Positions 53,253-64,000 of a stretch of DNA of 64,000 nt are shown piece by piece. Made by a program: the position numbers and the translations under genes. The notes beneath the pieces were generated by a model. The model was not told the DNA's origin. It did no database searches and saw only the letters and a program-made list of their open reading frames with translations. The DNA lies in NCBI RefSeq assembly GCF_000150275.1, contig NW_002060952.1, forward strand, positions 270,482 through 334,481, given 5' to 3'. Origin of the DNA: Trichoplax adhaerens (taxonomy: Eukaryota > Animalia > Placozoa). Numbering within the stretch: the first letter of the stretch is position 1; each line of letters opens with the position of its first letter.

Positions 53253-54823
53253 AGCAGCGGGCGTATGAAAATTTTATTGTAAAATTATATCCGAGTTATT
53301 GTATTATCGTGTATAAGTGTTTAATCCGTTACTCTACGATGAATATAAATTACCAGGCTGGATCGTGAGATAAGCCAGTTCTGTATTCGATTTACATCGG
53401 ATGCTATCAACTATAATTTACTTAATGATTCGAAGGCTGGAACTGTAACGGTTAAAAAATCTCTTCTTTAATAACACACTACTCTTTTATCTATATTATT
53501 TAAAATAAGTCTAAATTTATCACACGAAAGATATTCCATGTCAACATGGACTTCGCTAAGTAAATTATGCAACTCCCTACTGTGAGTATATTGAAATAAG
53601 AGTTTATTAAGATAATACAAACTCCGTTTATCAGATATGCAAATTGGTTAGTCATTACTAATTATGTTACCAATTAGAGAAGTTTAATTAATGCAATAAT
53701 TTTCCTTGAAAGCGATTTAAAAGGCTAATTGTGGAATTAACAATCTGTATTATACGACAATTTATGGAAATAGAAGTTCTCAATAATTAGGTTTCAATGT
53801 AGTAAATTAATGCGTACTTGTTTGTACAATAATTGCATTTCTGTACGTATACTGTACATCTTTATACATGTAGTACTGTCGAGCATTTCATTTTCAAATC
53901 AACATGCGGAACTAGTTAAAAATAAAAAAAACTCTAATATTACAAATGATGCTAAAATCTCAAGACTAAAATTATTAAAATCAGCTTTAAGTGATTAGCA
54001 AAAGCTATAACTTTCGTAATATTGTAATACGCAGAATACTAGCATGTAAGTGCATACAGTTTGCTTTATTCAAATTTAACAAATATGAATATGGATAATT
54101 TATTTTTTGATCGTTTAAAAGATAGCATTTGTCGTAGGGCAGAGTGCGATCACTGCTAATCTCAACAGTATAAATATGCGTATACCCTTTACTTGTATAC
54201 AAGTGCTTGAAAAGGTGTAATGTACAAAGCTATTTCATAAATTAAGATAACATAATATTCACATACCCGTATAATTACTTTACAATAGCGCAGATATTTA
54301 TACATGCCTGGCTGTAGTACAGAATTAGTAATACGTAAAATGTATTATAATCTTAATGTCCGCAAGATTAGCATTGAAACATACGCAAGGTGTAATTGAA
54401 ATAATACACCGAAAAATACCGTAGTAAAATGGTCAAAAATAATTTGGAAGTAGGGTGCTATAAGTTAAAATATTATTAGGGTAAAATTAGAATTTAGGAC
54501 TAGGGCAAAATATTATATACTGTTAACATGCCTATATGAGTAAGTACAGCACGAGAATAGGGCATACTACATGTGAAAGTAATACTTTCATATAAGTTCT
54601 AACTGGCTTTATGCAACAGTCATTCTTCTAAACATTTGGCAAATAAGATATGGCTAAATTAGTGTATATAGATAAGTTGATGATCGTTGTAAATGATAAT
54701 ATATATAATGCCATGTTATAAACTAGCCAGCTAAATCATAATTTTTATTTCTGGTATAAAATAGTATATAAAAATAGGAATATGTTTCCATAAAGTTGAA
54801 AAATAAGAGTTATGTTAATTATC

Positions 54824-57800
54824 TTAATCGTCCGGATAACGAATAGATAATTCCTGATTCAGAATGTATCTTTCGCCATCAAACGATTGAAAATATTTGC
54901 CAACCTCAGGATGACAGCATGTGGATTTTTGTCCTTCTACTTCCACAAGATTTTCTATAAAATTAGAAGGAATTTAGCAATTATAGCGGTTATAATTAAT
55001 CAGCATAATCTAATTTTGAAGAATACTAATGCTTGCCTTGTGCAGCATATCTTTCTGAATTATCTTGAGCAAGTATGTAATAGAATGGCTGTTTTGCATT
55101 AGTAACTGGTGAATCAACTTTGATTTGCTTTATTCGATTTTGAGTAATTTTACGTTGATAATCCCAGCCATGAATGACACCAGTCCAACCGTCACTTTCG
55201 TTAATAAATAATGTTGAAATAAAAGTAATTAAGATCATACCAACATGAAATCGTAAAGAAAAATTAGCATTTTTGTAAACAACCTTATTATTATCTCTAC
55301 GAGTATCGAAAATAAAAACTTATAACAATAATATCAAATATGTTATAGGTAACAATTTATAGATACCTTCTATGTTTTACTATAGTTCCAATTCGGAAAA
55401 GAATAGTAGCAGATGATTCCAAGGATCGATACTTAACTTTCGGCTAAAATGAGATATTTCCGAATGAGCAACTTTGTTCTTACAAGCATCTAATGGGTAT
55501 AACATTATGGTATCTGCTGCTTAATATCGAATTTGTATATGATTTACCTCAGCAGGTATATGCTTTATATCTTTTAGGCGATTTAGACAAGTTAAGTGGC
55601 GTGGATTGATTTCGAATATGCCAGCTCTCGCTTTTTCGAATGCACTTTCAACAACCTGACGATTTGGTAAGTAAATTAAAAATTTATTAAATAGTGGTTG
55701 AAAAATTGTTCCACAACTCACTTATACCTCATCGTCATAAACACAATAATCGAGATAGATACGGGATAGAACTCCGTGATTTTCCTCATCTTCTGGATAA
55801 ATAAGTACCACCAGCTGAAGATAGCTCGTTAACACTTTGTATCTAGATTAGAAAGAATCAGTTATTATCATAACAATTCTATAATACTATTACATATGTA
55901 AATTTGATAAACAGCATCGTTCAGAATCCGATAGTGTATGCTATGCTATATAACCGAGGACATAAATTAGAATAATTTTATTATTTTTGAAGCAGCAACT
56001 TTTGAAATTTACGTTTTTCCGTTTCTATATTTATTCATGCAGCTGTTGGTTAGATTTCTCGCAATTGCGCGTAAAAACTGCCATGACATTGAGATGAGAA
56101 AAGAAACTTATTTGTTTTGGTTTGTCATTAACATTCCGATCTAAACGTTATACAGGAAACTGCAATTTTCGTTACTAAAACGAAGTAATAGGTATATTAT
56201 TTGGAAGTCCATGTAATTTATGGTATTGAATTACCTCTCTATTTTTAATTGGCTTTAAGGATTTAATCGATGCATTCAAGTTTCCAGGCAATGTAGTCAA
56301 AGCTTCGCGCTGCGTTAACAACTTACCGTTGCTAAGAATATCAACGTATCGCTCTATCATTTCCAAGTTTTTGCTTCAGAGAAATACATAACATTTTAGT
56401 AATAAGAAGGCTTAAATGTTTCATATCGAATAGTTTCACCTATATTTCATTAGTTGTCTTACAGCTAAATAATATTACTAAATATCTATTAGGGAGTACG
56501 TAACACTTGAAAATTATTAGGATATTATTTCATGGTCTCTTTAATTCAATAATAATTAAAAACGCATTTACCTTCCAAAGCATTGAAGTCGAAGTATTAT
56601 ATAATTCGGAAAGGTAATCTGTAGAGTATTTACAACAAGAAATAAGCAATAAAAGCCAATCTCTTACAGCTATTGTAATAAATACTTCATGTAATATCTG
56701 GAATTAAAACATACCCATAGTTGCGATAGTACCGCAAAAATAGCCCACGGAATACTAAAACTGCATATTAATAAGGTATAATTTCAATTTATAATCTAAT
56801 GACATACCGGATCTAGTTTTACTCTCAATCGTTGAGCAATTGCAGAATATAATGCAGCAAAAAATATTGGCGTTCTGTCCGTACGCAAGATCTTAGGAAA
56901 GTTGTATAAAAAATAATTACTATACTAAGAATAAAATTATCCATCCTCGTCTTAAATTTATTACCATAAGTGGGGTTGCAGTTGTAAATCCTCTTGCTTC
57001 AAGATCAATAAAGGCTATGAGATCACGGTAAGAATTGATATTACCATCATAGCCAAGATCGCCATAAAGAACCTTGTTGATTGCCGATAAAATGTTGCAG
57101 CAAGAATAATAATCTCGTACTATTTAATAAATATAAGAATAAGATGAACCGTTAAGATTTTAATAGGTTAAGCTATAATCGCATCCAAAGCCATAAAAAT
57201 ATGATTACTTTATCTCGAAAGACAGCGATGCATATAATACACCCGCGTATAACATTGACTAGACTTGCTTCACAGTCTTGCAATTTAGCTAGCGCGACTA
57301 ATAACGTAATACTATTAGTGTGAAGTGTTGAATACTCAAATGTCTATTTCGAAAAAAAAGTACATTATCACAAAATGTAACACTTTGATTTAATTTTACG
57401 ATATGTCTGTAAGTTTATAATCTATGGTAAGAATATAGAACATCTATTATCACAAATATGCACGTAAGCTTTCAATCTATGGTAAGAAATGGAACATCTG
57501 CAATTACATGATGCTGTTATAAATCGGAGTTCAAATAATTTCAAGTTATTTTACGTAATAATTAGCCTATCAATGCAGTGCAATATGTCCATACAGTACA
57601 TGCATTGCTAACTTACAATAGCCAGTTTCGCTGTCTCTTACTGACAAGTTAGAGTCAATCAAATATTGTTTAACTTGTTTAACAATAGCATCAATTTGTT
57701 TGTTGCAGTTATCTTCATTTGTAATATTACAAGCCATCAACCAAGAAGAAAATAGAAATGCTCCTTCCTCGATTAATATGTCGTCATCCGGTAATTTTAA

Positions 57801-60800
57801 CATATTTTTAATTCGTGGCAACAAGCAAAGCTTATTGTAGACATTTTTTCCATAATACTTTAAAGTTAAGTTATCGTTGCTGTAACAAAAAATACGAATA
57901 ATGAATTAGTAGATTCAGTAACTTATATACCATTTTCAGTTTATGATATTTATATTTTAATGATGCTAGATTTCGATAGGCAATATTGCCAGTTAACTAA
58001 ATGATCGATTGTACAGCAACAGATAAAATATTTTCAGATGTCTGATGATAGCTTCATGATTGAGCAGGGATAATGCATATAAGAGGGGTAATGAAACAAA
58101 TTTATAGAACATAACAAATATTAAGCCTAATTGATTATTAAAAGCGAATGAAATAAGTGAAATTTCATATATCATTACATTTTGTAATAATTTTTGAATA
58201 CAACCAATTTTGCAATTATGAATTTCACGAATATTAGAGACCAAGTACTTATCGTCGTCATAAGTTAACACTAACCTTGAATCAGATAAAAGTGTTACTA
58301 AATACTCGGTAAGTGTTTCATTAGCAATGTTGTCCTTATCCTTTTGCAATAGAGTTTTGATGGGTCTGTAAGCATCACTTGATATTAAATCATCATCATA
58401 ATATCGTCGATTAATTTCATTTAGTTCTTGTTGGATCTTCAATCCTAGTTTATGCCTTGCTATAAACAGTTGATACCAATCCGTGGATGCATTTTCTAGT
58501 GCTTTATCCCATTTAGACCACCTAAATAAGGCATTGATAATTAATCATAAAAAAAGGAAATAATACGATATACTAGTTTAATAGTCTTATTATTAAAATA
58601 GGGATTAGTAATAATAATAATATATCCCTTTGTTTATAATAGTATATCTGTATCAATTCAACATGGATCTCTTTAGTTATGGAACAAGTAAATAACTACA
58701 AGGAGTTTCCTGTTACCATTTCGCTTAAGATCATGACAGATCTCTTTTTTTTAAATTACTCTTGAATTATGTTGGTCGTTGAACAGTGTTATAGCGACAT
58801 GATCGTTTTCTATTCTCATATCGACCCAACCAACTCAGTAGCTTTTTCTTCATCTCCATTTTTTTATTGTAATATATCAACTTTGAGAGTAAAATGAAGG
58901 TGAAAAGACGTTTCTACAGATTAATTTAATACAGTAGAAGTTCTATAAGATATGATGGTGTTGCAAGGATGTTGTCGTAGCAAATTTTCTGTCTAATTTG
59001 TGATTGAATGCGTAATAAGCCAACGATTTCAGTTAGAACAAAATTTGTTATCTATGATCCCTTTAGGATCCTTGCCAATGTAGAGCTCTATGTCGTTAAA
59101 AAAGTTCAATACAAACCCAAAATGAATGACAACTAAGTAGCAATTTTACTTGTCTGATGTCTGGTTAGGCCTAGCAATAATTAATTTGTATTTCAAGCAG
59201 ATTTCCTTAGTAGATTAGTACGACTAAATAGTATCTAGCAATCATTAGTCATTAAGATGAAATTTGCTTATCTTCAATTACGTATCGTTAAAAACAATTC
59301 AACATTAAACCTAAAATGGACGATAACTATTAAGAATCAATTCTACTTGTCTTATGTCTTACTAGGCTTAGCAATGATTAATTTGTATCTAACGCAAATT
59401 TTCATGGTATAGTATCTAGTAGTCATTGATCATTAAGATGAATGTCGCTTTGTCTTCAATTAGGCATCTTCATAGTATGCAACATAGCCCAGTAGGTAAA
59501 GGCAATAACGGGTATCAAAACTTGAATTGATACGACTGGTACTACTAAATAACATCATTTCAGATGTTTATAGCAGTATCTACTATAACATAGAATACAA
59601 ATTGCTTCCAACATACATGGGTAGTAATTCTATTTTGTGTTATGGCCATCAAGTACATTCAATGATAATTGATATCAGTTACTAGATAATCAAGAGAAAA
59701 TTTGTATGAGATTGCTTAGCAGGGCCATAGTGTGGAAATCATGAATAAGCTTGTTAACACTTGTGTTCGTAGTATCTATCCTGATATTGCTAACTACAAT
59801 TCAAGTAGTGAATATTGATGTCAAAGATTACTTCTCTTTGGACATGATTTTCCCGGTAAATGTACTTCTATTCGATCAGCACTATCCTTTAGAAGGTCAG
59901 TCATTTCAAGGGAAATAATGGACGAGGATATTTTAGTGCCCTAAATTGCCAAATTCTTGTGGTGGACATTGATCAACGCTTTTGTCTATCAGTCTTTCCA
60001 CTTATAATTTATGACGTTAAACACTTCTATTCCACAACAGCAATATTCTTTAGAATACCACTCATTTCAAGGGAAATATTGGGTGATGATGCATGAGCGC
60101 TGTAAATTGACAAACTCTTATAATGGACATTGGTCAACGATGTTATCTATCCGTCTTTCTCCTGATTGCTTATCATTTATGACTTTAAACGTTTTTATTC
60201 CATACCAGCAACATCTTTAAAAAGTACCACTCCTTTCAAGGGAAATATTGGGTGAGGATACATGAGTGCTCCAAATTGACAAACTCTTATGATGGACATT
60301 GATCCTGACAATCAGTCTTTCTCCAGGTTGCTCAATTATTACCTTAAACACGATAGCTAACAGAGTTATTGTAATTGAAAAGGAAGCTACTATATCTTTA
60401 AAAGTAAACTAGACATGATAGCATGATATTTCAGATGAACAACATGATTAATAGTAGGATAACATTGTAAACTGATCTACTGGTCGATGAAAGCACCGTC
60501 ATTTATTCTACTCATAGTGAACTAAACATCCTTTACAGTAGTATTTAGTTCATATCCATAAGTAGAGTTTTTTTTGAACGCATGGGAAGGTGTGAAAACT
60601 GTAGGAGCCATGACTTGCCAATTAATCATTCATTTTTCCCGCTTCATGTTGTTTGTCTTTGGTTCAAGTACTGTAGAATGCAATTGCTTTCTCTATCGTA
60701 TGATCATAAGCCTACAAGAATGGGTAGGCTACAGGGTAAAATGGATAATGCTATGGCAATGACAAGGGTCCATTGCTAGTTTTTAATTTTCCTCTACTAC

Positions 60801-61314
60801 TTGATATCATCAGCAATATCCAGGGATACCCTTATCCAATCATGGTGAAAATACAAGTAAACTAACAATTCATGCCGTTAGTAGGTAATGCAATTATAGC
60901 AATTAACAAGGACTATCTATTCTATCGATGGCACTACTGACAGTAATATCATTCACTTTTAACTGTATTAGACATAAGTAGATGATTTTTGCTCCTTGTT
61001 GAAATAGCAAAATGGACTTTACAAGGGTTAAAATAGTAATTAATATCATGACACCGATGTTGTCGACCTAGAAGTGCCACGGTAGAATGGACTAATTTTA
61101 TTCAGCAGTTGCTCGTTTCTTACCTTGATTTGGCTTTAAATTGCCACAAACTAGAGCCTAAACACACATGATGGAGATATTTACAAACAGCCGATATACA
61201 AAGAATATCATGATGATTCAGAAGTGGCTGGATTAAAATCGCTTCAATTAATTCGTCTGGTAAATAGATCAAATTCAACTGGTTATCGCCATGACAATCT
61301 TCTTCATCGCCCAT
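54824..61314 (-). CDS. Divergent FBXO21-like paralog (copy B), about 592 aa, 13 exons, convergent with copy A
   Basis: Exons: 61124-61314, 58276-58521, 57617-57879, 56965-57119, 56808-56891, 56572-56618, 56235-56373, 56013-56077, 55728-55842, 55548-55655, 55367-55443, 55037-55194, 54824-54954 (1779 nt incl. TAA). Intron positions and phases match copy A; six exons have identical lengths (246, 47, 65, 115, 158, 131). The last intron has a GC donor. F-box LIYLPDELIEAI; C-terminal VIHGWD...QPFYYILAQDNSERYAAQENL...RYPD. Confidence 0.88.
59095..59465. repeat. Tandem duplication (~195 bp, 2 diverged copies) in FBXO21-B intron 1
   Basis: tacttgtct.atgtct...taggc.tagcaat.attaatttgtat and tcattaagatgaa.....tcttcaatta each occur twice (~59147/59344 and ~59250/59430). 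Confidence 0.8.
59840..60350. repeat. Tandem repeat (~165 bp, 3 copies) in FBXO21-B intron 1
   Basis: tttcaagggaaata(a/t)tgg at ~59904, 60065, 60234; taaattg(c/a)caaa.tctt...tggacattg recurs three times. Confidence 0.85.
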
Positions 61315-62397
61315 TCTACTTCTTTCTTACGATCAATACAGTAAGTAAAAAAATTGATCACACCAGTGGTTGTTGCTGTTGTTAAAGAAGCTTTTAAAGA
61401 TAGAAAAGTCGATCTAGTATGCAGTAATAGCCAACGTTTCTGCTTTGAACGATAGTTTAGCACCCCTAGTAGACGAAAAAGTTGCCGATGGGCTAGTGGA
61501 AACTAGACTAAAGACTATTTTATCCTCACGTCGATGGGGAGTGGCAGTAGCATATCTAGCATTCCATAGATAAATTATATTTTCGCTAGGTTTCCATACT
61601 AGACTATATACATAGATTAATTGTATGGTATACTATACTACACGGTTTCCAAGGCAATGTGAATTGCTAATGGACTACCCACTACTCTATCAATTACTCT
61701 GGTAGAATCTCGCCATTGCAATTCCATTTCTGTTGGCTATTGCTTATGGATGCAATAGTATTAAGATAGAATAATGGTCAAGCACAGGAGCTTCTTTCCT
61801 TTAATAGTATAATATTCTATGACTAAATACAATAGCAATATAATTAGGCCCATTTTCCATAGTCATAATAACGCTTAGACAGATTTAAGGCCAACAGTAG
61901 AAAAGCAGGCGTTGCTTTCTACTTTCTGTTTTCAGATTTGTTAATAGAATAATTGTCAGGAAAGTAATAGGCTATTTAGGATGAATTTTGTGTGAAAATG
62001 GCAATTTGATGTGATGGGAAAATTTGAATTTTCTACTTCCAATCTGATGGAAAAATTTTCTTCAATTGAAGAGAGAGAGTGTGATAAAAAACAGGTTATG
62101 CAGTCTGGAGCTACGTCCAAGACTGGTAGAATGTTCAGTAGGGGAAATGCTAGGCGATCTGCCGCAATAATTTCAGCTATTAAAGCAGAGCAATTCCTTC
62201 TTACAGTAATTTTCGATTCTAATAATGCAGTAATATCAACATATCTCAAGACTAAAGATATACATAGGTTAAAAACAATTTATCATTGTTATTGACTATC
62301 CAGTGATTAAAGAGAAGAATATTCACGACATGGCCTATCTTCTACACTTTATTGTGCATGCTATTAGAAATACAGTTAGAATCTTTTTCCAGTAGCT

Positions 62398-63150
62398 ATG
62401 TTGCACACTACGCATCATCGTGGACCTTTTGAAGTACATAAAACAATTTATGCAATGAGAGAGAAGACTATGATCACGACTTGTGGCCTAATGTGCCATA
62501 CGGAATTCAAGTACAGATTATAGTAGGAGTGTACCTGTGTTAGATGATTTTTAATATTGGTTGTGTCTCTAATACTAACAGATTATCATTCCCTAGCTTA
62601 TGGAAGGAGAGTAACCGTAATTTATGGTCTATGATGGGTTATCACGTTGCACTACGATCGAGAAGGGCGTTTAGTAACTACAAGAAATATGTGACCAATA
62701 GATCAGTCTAAGCACTTCTTGCGTTAAAAAATTGGACAAACGCACAACTCGTTTATTTACAAATGAGCTACGCTTGCCCACCTCGTTAAAGAAGAGCCAT
62801 CGTAGTTTACGATCCTTTTACAAGTATATGATCAATATAGTATCCTCACCCAAAGCATTTTTCTCGGTGAAAAAGGTATAATCGATCAATTCGTTTGTTG
62901 ATCAATTACGAAATGAAAACTTATACCCTAATATTATCTCTATTCCACAATTTGACAAGACAGTAATTTAAAGAATACAAAATTATTTTGATCGTCGTCT
63001 ATGATCAGCTTCAAATTTTAGCGATATTTCTCATCGTCTACTTAAGAATGATAGAAATTGGATAGCGATTATCCAAGGTTTCTTCTAAAAGTATCATCGG
63101 AGGATGCTATCATTAGTTGCTATTACCCTTTCGCGTTTCTTTCTCCTGCT
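62398..63150 (+). pseudogene. Probable heavily decayed Gypsy/Ginger-type (retroviral-like DDE) integrase relic
   Basis: Short fragments in different frames, in the canonical integrase order: LHTTHHRGPFEVHKTIYAMRE / LWPN (zinc-binding-like), W...LPTS, AIVVYDPFTS, YPNIISIPQF, NDRNW, YYPF. Many stops and frameshifts; recognised by eye only. Confidence 0.4.
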
Positions 63151-64000
63151 GATACATAGAATACGTCAATACTTCATTTATACAATCAATTAACATATAG
63201 TGCAATCGTTACAGCGGAGATGCTAGGACTCCTACAGCTTAAAAAGTAAAATTTCCATGATACTTAGGCGCTTTACTTACTAAGAATAGAGTGTACACTG
63301 TAAATAAACAAAAAAAAGATGTTATATTCTATGCATGCTGTCTTGATCAACAAAATATCGCACAATAGCGACGCGGCTATTGGTAAACCGAAAGTAACTT
63401 ATCCTAGATTTGAAGACAAAAGTGGGGCGGAGTAATGCTTAACTATTTCAAATGGAAATGCTCGTCTTAACGCCAATCAATCATAATGATATGCAAAACA
63501 GTAGTGAGACATCTTAGATTATGTTACATCTTGTCAATATTACACAAACGCAATGACGGCTGTTTATCCATTTGAGACCGATTTATTTGTTGTAGATACC
63601 GTCAATCGATCAAATTTACTATAGCTGCAGGAATAACAGGAAGTCCCTGCTAATTACTACTATCAACTACACCTGTAAACATGTTGTATTTGTGCTCGTA
63701 TATAAATATAATATATAACAATTCAATCTTCAATATAATTATATTGAAAAACAACCTAGCTGACTACACTGTAAAAGCTATACTTTAGTGATGCAATACC
63801 GGCATTAGTTACATACGCGTATCATTCGACTATATTGTCGAGTAAAATTAAATAATATTTATGCACATTGCAGCCCCATTGGCGTACTCAAATTGACTGA
63901 GCCGATTCACTTATCGACTGCATGTCTAAAAGTGTAATAGCTAAGCACTATGTACCTAACGCATTTGTGTAAGCCTTAACATGTATAATTTACAGTCGTC

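Noticed and set aside
54470-54510. Interstitial telomere-like TTAGGG variants
   Set aside because: Only one exact hexamer with loose neighbours; compatible with chance.
55444-55489. Upstream acceptor for FBXO21-B exon 11 suggesting a premature stop/pseudogene
   Set aside because: The acceptor at 55444 gives the homologous in-frame PKVKYRS...FRIGTIVKHR exon, so copy B is intact.
61956-62295. Overlapping 97-aa and 94-aa ORFs on opposite strands
   Set aside because: No recognisable domain or splice context; could be part of the adjacent decayed element but that cannot be supported.

Overview
AT-rich eukaryotic (animal) genomic DNA with short GT-AG introns. The gene style (small introns, single-exon class A GPCRs in long gene-poor tracts) would fit a compact basal-metazoan genome such as a placozoan; that is inference only. 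Five protein-coding genes could be assembled by hand: two intronless paralogous orphan class A GPCRs (+; 12100-13188 and 28484-29608), a 17-exon ABCB half-transporter with a TMD0 (ABCB9/TAPL-like; -; 38367-43855), and a tail-to-tail pair of 13-exon FBXO21-like genes (+ 48003-53252; - 54824-61314). The second FBXO21 copy is intact but has lost conserved transglutaminase-like-core motifs and uses a GC-AG intron. Non-coding highlights: a 134-bp foldback element with TGT...ACA ends and a 4-bp target-site duplication (Ginger-like MITE candidate, 3888-4021); two young tandem arrays (112/~123 bp and 210 bp units) in the divergent ABCB/FBXO21 intergenic region; several older degenerate tandem arrays; a strongly G+T-skewed island (~23.3-24.25 kb); and a probable heavily decayed Gypsy/Ginger-type integrase (~62.4-63.15 kb). 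No tRNA, rRNA or CRISPR features were recognised.
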